64,000 nt of DNA, from contig OZ024740.1 in the NCBI GenBank assembly GCA_964016885.1, forward strand, positions 425,196,001-425,260,000, read 5' to 3'. Positions 35,261 through 49,678 of this stretch are shown here, in pieces; positions within the stretch are counted from its first letter, which is position 1, and each line of letters opens with the position of its first letter. The notes beneath the pieces are model-generated. The model was not told the DNA's origin. It did no database searches and saw nothing but the letters and a program-made list of their open reading frames with translations. The DNA comes from Eledone cirrhosa (Eukaryota). A program made the position numbers and the translations under genes.

Positions 35261-36120
35261 AACATTCTAGACATCAACAAAGATAATTCCATTATTTAGA
35301 TTGTTTTCAACTACATTGAGATGAATCCTGGACAAGTACAATAAACACACACATTGCCCCCCCCCCAACACACACACAGAGTCAGACAGACATGAGTTTT
35401 GTTTTCTAAATATGACGAGAGGAATAAAACTCCAATCAACCGAGGTTAATTTAACAATTTCCAGACCGACATATGATTCCTCCAGGGAAACTCATGTAAT
35501 GGAGGTCTAGCAAGGTAAAGTCTTGCTATAGTTTCCACTTATCGAAGTCTTTGTTATATAGTGCAAGGTAAACAATAAAAAAACAAAAAAAAACACTGAT
35601 AACTATTACCAAAATATACGTCGGACAACTTTCTTTGGGGTATAGAGTTACAGCCCATTACATTCTGAGTTCAAATCTCACCAAGATTACCCCAAAAATT
35701 GTTGGCACTCTGCCTAAGTTAGAGACCAGTGTTAGGTTGACGCTTGTGTAGGAAGGTAAAAAGAAGTGTCCTCAACGTATTGGACGTTTGTCCTTCTTCA
35801 GAAAAAGATGTGAGTGAAATTAGGAGACATAAGAGGCTGGAAGAGAAAATAATGAGAAAAAAGAAGGGGCGGGACTTGTAGGAAGGAGTGGAGTATAGGG
35901 TATATGTAGTCCTGGAGAAAAATGTCTATGCAGTAAGGGTAGCATAGTAACCGGGTCTACCAGTGGTGCTGATATGTATGGTGTATTGTGTGTGTCTCTC
36001 TGTACCACGTTCATGTAAGTCTGGGTGAATATTTGCAGCGTCAAGTGGGTGGTTGTTTGTGTTTCTACTGTATGATACATATATATATATATATATATAT
36101 GATACATATATATATATATT

Positions 36121-36460
36121 AGAAAGTGAGGTTTTGTTTTTTTACAAAATGAAAAATAACCGAGGTGTCCTACACGAGTGAAAGTATAAAGAAAAAAAGA
36201 TGAAATCGAAAATGCAACTGGAGTCTTATTTAAAAAAAATATATATATATTTATTTGGTTCCTTTACCGGTTTCGCAGTTCTTCGGCTTTTTAAAAGTAG
36301 AGTTGAGATGGAGGGTCTGTGGATTTTCTCAGACCCTCCATCTCAACTCTACTTTTAAAAAGCAGAAGAACTGCGAAACCGGTAAAGGAACCAAATAAAT
36401 ATATATATTTAAAAAAAAAATAAGACTCCAGTTGCATTTTCGATCTCATCTTTTTTTCTC
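36121..36460. mobile_element. Palindromic (full minus arm plus partial plus arm) copy of the 29421 family
   Basis: 36121-36330 is the reverse complement of 29421-29628; 36330-36460 repeats it forward; (TA)n on both sides. Confidence 0.85.
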
Positions 36461-36479
36461 TCTATATATATATATATAT

Positions 36480-37010
36480 CATCATCATCATCATCATCGT
36501 TTAACGTCCGTGTTCCACTCTTGCATGGGTTTGGACGGGAGTTTTCCCACTTGAGGCAAGAGTGATTGTCTTGCTCGCATAGGACTGTCTGGCGAGGTTT
36601 TCTACAGTTGGATGCCCTTCCTAACATCAACCACATTTACAGTGTGGGGCTGGGAGGTTTTACCGTGTTGCCTACACGGCCACATTACAGCGTGGACTGT
36701 GTGTTTTTTGTCGTGACACCTACACGATCTCATTTGTTTCGGCCTGGATGTTGTGGCACCAACATAACTTTACATTGAAAGGGGCGGTGTGGATGGGGTG
36801 GGGGTGGTGGGACGGGGGTGTATTTTGTTAGAGATGCCTACTGACTGTAGTAGGTTTTACTTTGTATTTAGGTAAGGCGGGTCTTCTCTATTACTGAGTA
36901 CCGCCAAAGGTCTCGGTCCAGTGACATTGTCTTGGAGAGGTGTAAGTGTGTGAGGTCGGAGTTTATCAGCTCGTCCCAGGTTTTTCTAGGTCTACCTATT
37001 CCGTGGCTAC

Positions 37011-37012
<2 letters not shown>
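36480..37012 (-). mobile_element. RTE-like LINE 3' end with (GAT)n tail
   Basis: [25 protein letters not shown] then 3' UTR ending ..ACGGACGTTAAACGATGATGATG. Confidence 0.75.
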
Positions 37013-37102
<90 letters not shown>

Positions 37103-37120
37103 GTGTATATATATATATAT

Positions 37121-37327
37121 AACGAAGGAAATGTGGTAAGGAACCAGGTGGACCATAACGCACCAAAGTACTCAATACTTGAGGTAGTAGAGTGGGTAAT
37201 AGGAACCAGTAAGATCCCGACAGCTGAGCTCAAGCCGTTTCGACGGCTAATTCTGGACTGCTAATTCTAGTCCAGAATTAGCCGTCGAAACGGCTTGAGC
37301 TCAGCTGTCGGGGTCTTACTGGTTCCT
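37121..37327. mobile_element. (TA)n-flanked fold-back element with a hammerhead 3' half on both arms
   Basis: Arms about 37200-37258 and 37268-37327; GTC-GAAA-CGGC(TTGAGCTCA)GCTG-TC (stem III plus GUC site); no CTGANGA upstream. Confidence 0.75.
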
Positions 37328-37518
37328 ATATATATATATATATAATGTATATATATATATATGTGTGTGTGTGTGTATATACACAGACACACACACACAT
37401 ATACACACATTTACATATATATATATATATATGTGTATGTATATATAAAATATATACATGAAGACACACACACATATATGTATTTATATACATAAGTGTG
37501 TATATGTGTGTGTCTATG

Positions 37519-37597
<79 letters not shown>

Positions 37598-38359
37598 ACA
37601 TATACGTATATATACTCCGCAAATTAATTGCTACCCGTCATCCTTCTACTACGTCAATTCACACGCAGATATATTCACATGTTCACACAGAGATTCACAC
37701 ACACTTCCACACACACATTCACACACACACTTCCACACACACATTCACACACACATTCACACACTTCCACACACACATTCACACACACTTTCACACACAC
37801 AAACATCATACACATGTACGTATATGATATAAAAACCCTACCTCAAGGACCACATTGTAACATGCATACATGTATAGAAACACCCCACACAAAGTTGAAG
37901 ACAATGCCAAGTTAAGATCGTGGACTGACATATCCATCATTCTCCTTATTTTAGTTTGTTTTTTGCTTCATTCCAACTTCCATTATCTTTTTCATTTCTT
38001 CCAACAAGTCTTTAGGGAATTTTTTGATATTAGCGTTGGTAATAGATGACAATAGAGACGTCGAAATGATTTTAGAATTCCTTTAAAAAATAGCCACCTG
38101 CAACCCCACAACCACCACCCGATTCTCATTCATCAAGATAACAGTCTTGTATCACCTTTTTGTCTCCTATTATACTGTTTCATGTGACGAGTTAAAAATC
38201 AAATTTTTTGGATTTTTATTCTTGGTGCAACACTATATGGTTAAGATGTTGGCTTCGCATTCACAAACTTCCAAGTTCGATCATTAACGTGCGAAACCTT
38301 GTGTATCTTTTCTTATAGACTCTGGTCTGGCCTATAAACATTATTTGTAAAAGGTTCGG

Positions 38360-38546
38360 TAGAGTGGCAGTTTCGGTAGAGGGTCGGACGCCATGCTTTG
38401 ATGCATAGAGTTACAGCCCTTTCCAATCTAAGTTCAAATCCTGCCAAGGTTAACTTTGCCTTTCATCCTTACGGGGTCGATAAAATAAAGTACCAGTAAT
38501 GCACTGGGTAATTGCTGGCCTTGTGCTAAAAGTAGAAACAATTATT
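38360..38546 (+). mobile_element. Meta-type SINE
   Basis: Consensus match. Confidence 0.85.
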
Positions 38547-38654
38547 AGTAAAATGTCGATGGTGTCAGTCTTATTTGACTATACCTTTTCGTTAGGTGAG
38601 AAGGTCCAGAACATAACACACATAGCAAATAAATCTCCCTACAATTCACCCCCC

Positions 38655-38912
38655 CCCCCTTCTAATATCATAAAGCATAGGAGGATCACATTAGCTGGAC
38701 ATGTGAAACATCACAATGAACCTGCTGGCAGTGTTTTTATTCTGGAAAACTGATGTGTGCAGATGATTTGGGAGAGCACAGATCACACTGAATGATGTTC
38801 TTAAATATGAGACCGAGTTAAAGGCAGGGAACATTCAGAGTACAATGCTGGACAAGGTGAGCTAGAGCAGAAACTTCCCCCTGGCACTGGTAACGGATGT
38901 ATAGAAGAAGAC
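38655..38912 (+). mobile_element. RTE-like LINE 3' fragment
   Basis: SNIIKHRRITLAGHVKHHNEPAGSVF; related to the RRLRLAGH motif at about 17460. Confidence 0.55.
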
Positions 38913-39659
38913 CTTTTCGTTAGTAATAGACTTAATCTGTAATATCACGATGTGACTCGTGGTGACCACACTGTGCAGCATTCTTATTAGTTCACAAGTC
39001 TGAAAATAAAGAATTTGATATCTTCATATTTCCCGCTGCAGCAACTAATGGGTCGTGTTTTCCCCCACCTTTTTCCCTTCACATCCCCGCTCATAGAGGC
39101 CACGCAAAGAACTCGTCATATAGGACCAAGAAAATATTGTTTCCATTGGTATTCCCATTACTGATACTATCTACCGATCGCAAATAGATATTTGATGAGA
39201 TGCTGGAAATGGAGAAAGACGTTGTTGCTTTTGGTGTTGTTGTTGACTTTGCTGCAATTGTTGTTGTTGTTGTTGTTGTTGTTGAACTCCAAGTAAACAT
39301 AGAATGAATGACCTATGATGAAAAGTATTTCAACCCTGACTATCTTTGTTGTTTCTCCCAAACACACAACACCAAGGACCACATTCCCGATCGTAACATC
39401 ACCTTATTGAAAAGTAAAGTTTTATTGTCACAAACATCAGGTAGATTTAATTTTAAAGCTGTAGTAATATATTTTATGTAGACTGTATACTGGATTGACA
39501 ATATATTATATAAACCTTCAATGTAATTACAAATATTAGATGTCTCACAATATCTGATGAACTTTCTTGATAACACTTCTAATACGAAATTTCTAAGACG
39601 CTTTCACAAAAACAGGGCTACATTTTTACCACCAAGAATTACACAACAATACTACATGT

Positions 39660-39966
39660 TTATTAACAATCCTACATCTGTGTTAACAATCCTACATCTT
39701 TGTTAACAATCTTACATCTGTGTTAGCAATCCTACATCTGTGTTCACAGTCCTACAACTTTGTTAACAATCCGACAACTTTGTACACAATCCTACATTTG
39801 TGTTACTACATCTGTGTTAACAATCCTATAACTATCTCCACAATCCTATATCTGTGTTAACAATCTTACATCTGTGTTAACAATCCTACATCTTTGTTAC
39901 TTCATCTGTGTTAACAATCCGACATCTGTGTTACTTCATCTGTGTTAACAATCCGACATCTGTGTT
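39660..39966. repeat. About 20-bp minisatellite (TGTGTTAACAATCCTACATC)
   Basis: About 15 degenerate units. Confidence 0.9.
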
Positions 39967-40537
39967 CACTCTTTACAAAGCTTAAGGACCACATTAGACT
40001 ATTGTTCATATATATAAAAGAAGGTTATTGTTGCACATTATAGATATATCTAAACACATCGAAAAGAAAACTATTCTAGTATGCTTATCTTCTGGAACAG
40101 TATGGCTGCTGGTGATCATAGACTCGGCCATTATAGTTAACATCCGACAAACTGAATTAAAAGCAAACATCATGTAACTATCATGGTTTGGCTCATTCCT
40201 CCAGTTTAGTTATAATAAAATACAAACCAAATCTCGACACACATGCAACACATGCGACTAGAAAAGGGGACTTGAAAGTGAAGGGTTTATTCGACAGATA
40301 CACAAAAATGTAACCAGTAATACATTCTAACCATTAACTCACAAATAGAATGTATTGTCTGTAAGCCTTTATTGTCGCTTCTAAACCCTTCCTTCTCAGC
40401 TCCTGAATTAGCTGATAATTGAATATATATTTATAATTTCAAATTTAATCTTAAGATTTTCCCCCAGTGATAGTTTCTTCCTACCATATAACAGTAAAGA
40501 TTCAATTTCATTCTTTTGATATATTTTCTTTGTTTTA

Positions 40538-41043
40538 TAGACAGCGAATTTACAGAAGAATCAGATTTTTGAACTGTGAATTTACAAAAGAGTTACACTT
40601 TTGAACTGTGAATTTACAAGAGTTAGACTTTTGAACAGCGAATTTACAGAAGAGTTAGACTTTTGAACTGTGAATTTACAGAAGAGTTAGATTTTTGAAC
40701 TGTGAATTTACAAAAGAGTTACACTTTTGAACTGTGAATTTACAAAAGAGTTAGACTTTTGAACTGTGAATTTACAAAAGAGTTAGACTTTTGAACTGTG
40801 AATTTACAAAAGAGTTAGACTTTTGAACTGTGAATTTACAAAAGAGTTAGACTTTTGAACTGTGAATTTACAAGAGTTAGACTTTTGAACAGCGAATTTA
40901 CAAGAGTTAGACTTTGAACAGTGAATTTACAGAAGAGTTAGACTTTTGAAATATGAATTTACAAGAGTTAGACTTTTGAACAGCGAATTTACAAGAGTTA
41001 GACATTTGAACAGTGAATTTACAGAAGAGTTAGACTTTTGAAC
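40538..41043. repeat. About 30-32-bp minisatellite (GAATTTACAAAAGAGTTAGACTTTTGAACTGT)
   Basis: About 16 units with small indels. Confidence 0.92.
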
Positions 41044-41963
41044 TAAATGAGTTATTGTATTTATACCTGTCTCTTCCATTCTATGTTCAAATTCTGTCCA
41101 TGTTAATTTTTATTTAGATCCTAGCTTCAATAAATAAATGCCAATATAGGGTGGTGGTCTGGTGTAATCGCTAGAGCATGTGATGAGGTACCTTGTGGTA
41201 TTTATTTGGACATTTTGCGTTTTGATCCCACATGCCGCATTTACCTTCTTAATCTATCACCCAGTTTAACAAAACCACCTGGCTATTGCTTGCATTTAGA
41301 AGAGTCCAATTTGTTGTAAGTATTTGGGTCAGAATTATACCTTCTTCCAGTCCTTCCAACCCTTCCAGCTCTTTTAAAAAAAGGTCACGAACAATGCTCT
41401 CTATTCTGTCAAAGCAATAAAGAATTAATTATTTACTTGCCTTTTCGAAGATCTATGGACATCTTTTTCATAAGAAAACTACATGTAGCAAGCTGTTTCT
41501 CATTTTATGAGCCCACTGTCTGTTTGTTAGTTAGTTCAAATTCTTCTCAAAGTAGATTTACCTCTTCAAACATTCATATTTTTCATGAATTTGTACATGA
41601 AATTAGAATACTCGTGTTTGTGTTCTAATGTATATTCTTAAACATCGCTTTAACCCAATTTATCTGCATATCAAAAACGTAATTTCTGAAGAGAACGAGA
41701 GAAAATTATATTATACCCTCAGGTATAATTGTTTTCGTTTATGAAAATTTAATTGTATTTCCAAAAATTAAACACACACAAATAATTTATCTAATCTTCC
41801 ACGCCGTATTCGCAGCTGAAAATTCCATAATGGAATTGACATAGCCATTATGGCTGATGCATAGTATGGTTTCAACATAATCTTCTCGTAAATATTTAAA
41901 CAGCAGATTTTTGTCAAGGATAACAGAATCATTGTGTGTCTTCTAACTAATGGCGTTCTTATA

Positions 41964-42043
41964 TCAGTAGTTAATAACGTAATCTGTAGTATGGAGTTGG
42001 CTTGTCAACTCTTCCGGCTCTGCGTCCTCGTTTCGAATCTCAC
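41964..42043 (-). CDS. Candidate terminal coding exon of an unidentified host gene
   Basis: Strong acceptor CTTTCATTTATTTTCCTGTGTTTACAG|G, then phase-1 frame xEIRNEDAEPEELTSQLHTTDYVINY*; locally GC-richer non-repetitive sequence; no upstream exon identified. Confidence 0.3.
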
Positions 42044-42609
42044 CTGTAAACACAGGAAAATAAATGAAAGTTTTATTTATTTATTATTTTTTTCTTTTTA
42101 AATGATCGTGAACATTTAGGGAACTATTGCTGTTATTTCTAGTAAGTAGAGCGACTGCATAGAGCCTTATTTCGTTTACTCTTTCTATCATCATTACATT
42201 TTTTGTGTGAATGAGTAATGTTGTGGCTTAGTGACTAAAGTTTTAGTTAAGATATTTTAAATCAGATCCCTAATATTTTAAAAGGCAGAGTTGTTAAAAC
42301 GTCGGATAGAATGCCTGGGAAAACCTTTTCTTCACTCATTTGGGTACAGTAAAAATAAGTACCAGTCATATATTTGGAAGGTGACGAATTAGCTAAAAGC
42401 GTTCGATATGTGAATTAGTGCACAATTTAGGGGGACAAATGTTCCGTTTCAAATTCTACTTGATTAGTCGTGGACCCTAGAAAAGTAGTTAGGTATAGAA
42501 TAGTCCTTAGGTATAGAATAGAGGTAAAGGAAATAGGAAATAAGCTAAGTTATCTGATTATCCTGTTGGAAAGTGACAATAGCATCTCCACTCACTACGA
42601 TGAAAACAT

Positions 42610-43650
42610 AGCCATCATTACTATGACTATCGTCATCATCATCATCATCATCACCACCACCATCAGCATCATCATCATTAACACCATCACCATTCTCATT
42701 ACCATCATCATACTCATCATAATCATCACCGCCACCAAAACCACCACCACCACCACCACCACCATCACCATCATCATCGTCATCATCATTCACCACTACC
42801 ATCACCACTACCACCACACACCACCACCAATCATCATTCATCACCATCATCAAAGCCCCCCCCCCCCACCATCATCATGTTTATCTCACCAACCACTATT
42901 ATCAAGACCACCTCTAAAAGCTCAGAAGCAAGGGAGATAATTCCAACGAAATCAAGCCCTTCTATATTCTCTGTTAGAACCTACAGCCAATGCCGCCATA
43001 TTAAGCGACTCTCCTCTAATTCAATTTACTGCTTCCATCTTGTTTCAACCATTTTCTTCCATTCCTTTCTCTCTTATTTTTATATAATTTCATTTTCTTA
43101 TTTGTTTTTCTTTCTTTACAATTCATTTCCATAAATTTAATTATTGGAAGAATTTGTCAACGTTATCATTGATTAACTTGATGTGGTTGTTGTTGTTGTT
43201 TTGAGCGGTCGCTGTAGTGGTGGTGGTGGTAGTGGTGGTGGTGGTGGTAGTGGCTTATGAATCTGTGTGTTACGGTGTTAGCTGCAGTTAGCTTGAAGTA
43301 GTAGTAGTAGTAGTAGTAGTAGTGTAGTTGCTGTTGTTGTTTTGTTGTTCTTAGTAGTAGGGGTAGAGGTGGTGGTGTTGTAGGAAAGTATTTGTGATGG
43401 AGTTGGCAGCGGTCAGCTTGAGGTAGTAATAGTATTAGTAGTAGTAGTGGTAGTAGTAGTAGTAGTTGAGATGGTGGTTGTGTTGGTCTTGTTAATGTTG
43501 GCGGTGTTAGTGTTGGTGGTGTGTGTGGCGGTGGTTTTGTTGGTTTTGGTGTTGTGGTGGTGTTGGTGTTGTAGGTGGTGGTGTTGAGGATGGTGGTAGT
43601 AATGGTAACAGTAAAGATGTTATGAGTAGTAGTAACATTAGTAACAATGA
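42610..43650. repeat. (CAT/CAC)n and (GTA/GGT/GTT)n trinucleotide low-complexity blocks
   Basis: Direct (42610-42880 and 43180-43650). Confidence 0.9.
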
Positions 43651-44429
43651 TATGCACAGGTTATAGTTCTAGTGGTAATACAAATAACTTTAGTTGTGGT
43701 TGTTGGAAACGTGATTTACTGGCAGTAGGGTAGGGACGTTTCACAGCTGTACTTCTGGGAACAACAACCAAAAACAAACATATTTATCACAAGGGTCGTA
43801 CATACAAAACCAAACGCCTTTCATGATCAGTCATGCTAAAAATAGCAGCCAGATCCGGAATAAATACCAGCTTACCGTTTAAAAAAAGTACGTATTCCAT
43901 AGATGTTCTCAATCCATTCTGACTTGGGTCTAAACCTCAACTACTGCAAATAAGGAACAGAAATGCGATGAACGCAACACCTTTGATCATACTTTTGCAC
44001 GTTCTTGGTTTTACAGGATCTTATACTAAGATTTAAGTAAGAATTGAACTCCGAAGGAGATAGGTTATAGAAAATTAAAGTATTTCGTCAGCTGCTTACC
44101 GTTTCTGACATTCTATTGAATTTTAATCCAAGAATCAATCACTATGCAAAGAAATGAGAATTCCAAAGGAAAACAATACGTGCAATGAATTACTTACAAT
44201 TTCCGATGCGTATTTTTATATTTCGGGTAACGCAATAGAAGTCGATTAATCCAAAGTTAGGAAGAGAAATATGGAATGGCAGTAAGAGACATAGAATCCC
44301 TCCCTCTCTGTCCCCCCCCTCTCTCTCTCTTTCAATCTTGTCTGTTGCTAAGTTAGCATTTGTATTGGTTAGGTTGCTTCAACCTCGGTGTCTTTTTTCC
44401 CTTTCGTTCTCTTTTCATATCCCCCCGTT

Positions 44430-44490
<61 letters not shown>

Positions 44491-44838
44491 TAGATAGATA
44501 GATAGATAGATAGATATATAATATGTAAGTGTATAAGTATGGTTGTGTTTTACATGTATAGAATAACATATACAAACTTATAAAAAGAGAACACTCCATT
44601 AATGACAAGCAATTTATACGAACTTGCATCGACATATTCGTATATTTAAATGAATAGGACAATGATGGTTGTGTAATTGAAGAGGGAGTTATGGGGGCAC
44701 CGTATTCAGATACAGCGTTTCAAGGGCATTTTAAAGTCCATCTCCTCTCCAGGTTTCTTCCAGAGAAGAATAGAATGTGAGAGAATGGAAGTAACAAAGA
44801 TATATATAGAGAAAGAAACGATCCCAATACTTAACTGC

Positions 44839-45119
44839 AAGGGCCTTGTTTCAGGGGGGTACCAAGGGACAAGTCAACCCCCCCCCCCCACTTTTTCAAA
44901 CGTCTTTATTTTATTTTTTGTTTATTTGATATAATAAATTCTTTTTAAGCTTATTTTTTTTATATCTGAACTTCATTTGAATATATAAAATGTAATTATC
45001 GTAAAATTTTACTTATGTGATAGGGTCCGGGAAAGGCACCATAAGCAATTTATGCTGCTTTAAGAATCACCAAATGTTGGTTTGTCCCCCTCACATTTTT
45101 AATGCAAACGAGGCCCCTG
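44839..45119. mobile_element. MITE-like element
   Basis: Imperfect TIRs CAAGGGCCTTGTTT / AAACGAGGCCCCTG; subterminal GGGACAA / TTGTCCC. Confidence 0.55.
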
Positions 45120-45729
45120 CTTGACTGGTACTTTTGTATCGACAGTGAAAGAGCTAAAATATAAAGTTGACGCCGGTGGGATTTGAACCCAGAGAAGAAA
45201 GAGTCGAAATGAATAACGGAACACATTCTATCCGACATTCTAACGACTTTCACAATTCCTCGCATTAATACGACGGACATTGTTTAAAATATAACAACTT
45301 TGGTGTGATTAAGCAGCGACAGAGTTAAAACAACCCAACACAGAATCTTCACTGATATTCGAACCTCTTCCTACCTTTTGAAGAAATGAGTGATTTTATC
45401 GACTCTTTAGGGAATTGTTTGTTAAAAAGGTGAGAGTGGTACGGGATATTGCAGTTTATTAAGTTTAATACTTCAGTAAGATAAATACATTTATAGTCAT
45501 TTTTTTACAGTGGGGTTACACTGAAAAAACATAAAATGACAACGAATACCCCTCTTCCTTATCCTCCCCCTCCTCCTCAAACCATTCCTCCCCCCGTCCT
45601 CCCCCCTCCCCTCCTCCATCACCACATCATCATCATATTCATTGTTGTCATCGACGACAAGAACAAAATTAACACCATCAGCTAAATCAACAAAGCCATC
45701 ACCATCATAAACAGCGTCCACACCCACTT

Positions 45730-46408
45730 TATGATGATGATGATGATGAAGACTATGATCATCATCATCAACATAGAGAGCAACACCATCGCTCAGTACC
45801 CCCCCCCCCCCCCCCCCCCCCCAACACCACTACCACCACCACCACCACTACCTCCCCTCCTTCACACCACCAACACCACCAACACTACCATCACCACCAC
45901 CACCAACACTACCACCTCCACCTCCACCACCACTACAACCACCACCACCACAAACACTACCACCACCACCACCACCAACACTACCATCACCACCATCACC
46001 ACCACCACCATCAACAACACTACCACCACCACCACCAACACTACCATCCCCACCACCACCACCACCAAGACCACCGCCACTAACAACAACACCATTCCCA
46101 CTACCACCAACTCCACCACCACTACCCCCCTAGCCCCCCACACCACCACCACCACCAACGATGACAACAACAACAACAACAACACCAACAACCAAACCAC
46201 ATATCTCTCCATTTGTCTTAGAGTTAGCATTCATCATATCTTAGAATAACAATATCTCCGATGACGGCTGAAGGCACCTGGTTACGTTGAATGTTAAACA
46301 TGCTGCATTCTAACACAACAACACACACACACACACCATCATACACACACACACACACCATCATACACACACTCACACACATACAGACACACACCATAAC
46401 ATACATCA

Positions 46409-46475
<67 letters not shown>

Positions 46476-47015
46476 ATCACACACACACACAGACACACAC
46501 TCACACATACAGACACACACACCATAACATACATCAGCACATACACACACACACACACCATCACACACACACAGAGACACACACTCACACACACACCATC
46601 ACATACATCAACACATGCACACACACACAAACACCATCATAAACACTACCACACACACCATCACATACATCAACACACGCACACACACACACCATCACAC
46701 ACACACAGACACACACACACCATCACACAAACACTCACCAACACACGCACACACACGCACACACACACACTCACACACACCATCACAAACACACACCAAC
46801 ACACATACACACGCAGACACACACCAACACGCACTCACACATACATGCATAGACACAGACACTCACACACCAACACATACACTCACACACACCAACTCAT
46901 ACAGACATATATAATATATGTCTATGTGTGTAAATATACCTACATATGTATACACCCAAACTATCTATCTTATTTCTCTTTCTCTTCCTATCTTTCTGTC
47001 TGTCTCTCTCTCTTT

Positions 47016-47106
<91 letters not shown>

Positions 47107-47162
47107 GTGAGAGAGAGAGAGAGAGAGAGAACGATTGAGAGAGAGAGAGAGAGAGAGAGAAC

Positions 47163-47254
<92 letters not shown>

Positions 47255-47285
47255 GTGAGAGTGAGAGAACGAGAGAGAGAGAGTG
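45730..47285. repeat. (CAC/AAC)n, (CA)n-rich, (TA)n and (GA)n compound low-complexity region
   Basis: Direct. Confidence 0.9.
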
Positions 47286-47640
47286 TGTATATGTGTGTGA
47301 GGTGTATAAATGTTAGTGTATAGAAAGTATTTTAATGAAAGAAACAGATAGAATAATTGTAGTTCGGTGTGTTTGACATGAGTTGTAAACATACCGTGAA
47401 ATGGTATATCACTTCTCTCTCTCTCTCTCTCTCTCACTCTCTCTCTCCCACTTTACCCCTTCTCTATTTTTCTTTCTCTGCATCTCTCTCCCAATATATA
47501 TATATATTAGAAAGGGGTCCGAGCCTTACGGCTGAACTCTTGCCGTTTCGACTCTTTCTAGTATAGTCACACTCTACCAGTCCAAATATCGAGTATTCTG
47601 TTGAATAATGGTCTTACTAGTTTAATACTAGTTGAATCCT

Positions 47641-47691
<51 letters not shown>

Positions 47692-47694
<3 letters not shown>

Positions 47695-49439
47695 AGCTGG
47701 CCCGTCCGGCTGGCGTCCGGCTAGTATACCGGCATTTTATCTTTTCAGGAATCTCCCTTCCACTCCAGTGCTAAGATACCACACGCCCTCTCAAGTCAGC
47801 GAGGGTGGGAGTAGGGGCGGGGTTAACGTGCTCTGATGTTGGTTTTGAATAGTTTTTAGGATTCCCCAGTTCAGCAGCCAGTAGATTAAAGAAAATTGAT
47901 AGTTACAACAATAAAAGCTGAACAGAGAACACATTTTTTAACAAACTTTACAATAATTTGTAAAACCATAATGAAAATTCCAAGTAACAGAAAATACATA
48001 AATTACATTGTGAGAGCTTCAGAGTATACACTATTTTTTTTTTCGGCCCTCGGGAGCAAAGATGAAGAGATTGTTTGGCGAGTTTACCCGAGAGCATCCT
48101 ATACACTATTGACCATGGGAGAAGCATGGTTTTCACAGATGAAGGCCAGCCACTTTTAGGGTTTGACTCTGAGCTTTGTTGATGGTAATCGCGAAGATTA
48201 GTCTCTCTGTTGCTCTAGTAACATTTTTGGGGTGTCATATCGGCAGTAACAATGACGATAAGCCGTCTGTGCTTTCGTGAAATAAATACATTTGTTTATA
48301 TTTTATTTTTGTGTATGCAAAAATATCTGTACACGAATATATAATATAATATATATATATAAAAATAACAGATTAAAGTTTAAGCAAAGAATCGCTGCTT
48401 TCATCCATAACAGGATCTGAAACTAAAAAAATCAATCTGTGAACGCAGAAGTAAATATTTCGATAAACGTTGCAACCGAAGGAAAACAGGAAGACGATAC
48501 TTTGGTTCGTGAAGACGTTCCCTGGCAATGAACGGAAAAAAGCGAAGATAATACGCCAGCAATGAGAACAATATTTGCTCTAGGTTTCTTATATATTTGA
48601 TATATATTTATCCTTATCGAGCCCTCTTTGGATTTTAGTCTTCACATTTATTATTATTTCTAATTAATTATTAATTCTAGTTAATCCCGCCGAGGTTAAC
48701 TTTGCCTTTCATCCTTCCGGGGTCGATAGAATAAAGTACCAGTAATGCATTGGGTAATTGCTGGCCTTGTGCCAAAAGTAGAAACAATTATTTCTAATTA
48801 TATTAATTATTGAGAGGGCGTGCGGTATCTTTGCACCCAATTAATTAAAGGTTGGTTAGAATCGAAGTCAATGCAGACAGACAGATATAAGCGTGCAACA
48901 TTGTAGCTATGTATCGAGGGCGATGGATTGGCAGTATCAGTAGAGGGTCGGACGCCATGCTTTGTAGCATAGAGTTACGGCTCTTTATGATCTGAGCTCA
49001 AATCCCGCCGAGGTTAACTTTGCCTTTCATCCTTATAGGGTCGATAAAATAAAGTACCAGTCACGCACTGGCGTATATCCCCCCAAATTACTGGCCTTGT
49101 GTCTATATAAGAAACCATTATAGCTATGTATCTAATGCAGACAGCCAGACATACAGAGACATATTATAAGGGCGTGACGTTCTAACTATGTAGCTATCTA
49201 AAACGACAGACTAAGAAAGAGAGAAGAATGTTGTATAACCGGAAGTGTTGACATTTGAAAATTTTAAAGAAGTGAATATTTAAAGAAACTATGAAATATA
49301 TTTAATCCTTTAACGAAATTTAGAAAACAAAAATACCCTCACTTTTTTACTTGGAAAAATTACATCTATGGTGCAGATATGGTGCTTTTTGGTCCAGCCG
49401 TTTGGCGAAAAGTTTCTTACATACATACGGCCGTCAGTT

Positions 49440-49450
<11 letters not shown>
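47692..49450 (-). mobile_element. Internally deleted Helitron with a Pif1-type helicase C-terminal remnant and nested SINEs
   Basis: 48005-48200 on minus reads FAITINKAQSQTLKVAGLHL*KPCFSHGQ*CIGCSRV..NLFIFAPEG..VYSEAL; GC-rich 3' end at 47692-47725; 5'-like TATATTATAAAA..GTATGTATGT at about 49450 (5' boundary inferred); SINEs at 48683-48792 and 48918-49120. Confidence 0.75.
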
Positions 49451-49489
<39 letters not shown>

Positions 49490-49490
<1 letters not shown>

Positions 49491-49678
49491 ATAATAATAA
49501 ATGTGAAGACTAAAATCCAAAGAAAGCTCGATAAGGATAAATATATACCAAATATATAAGAACCCTAGAGCAAATATTTATTAAAATAACAGATTCTTCA
49601 GAAGATCCCGTTAAGGGTGAAAGCAGCGATTCTTTGCCTAACCACCTTTAATCTGTTATTTTACTAAATAAATAAATA

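Noticed and set aside
40538-41043. CRISPR-like ~31-bp repeats
   Set aside because: Contiguous tandem units without spacers
42470-46249. Thr/Pro/His-rich mucin-like ORFs
   Set aside because: Trinucleotide low-complexity tracts open in several frames on both strands, with no splice or homology support
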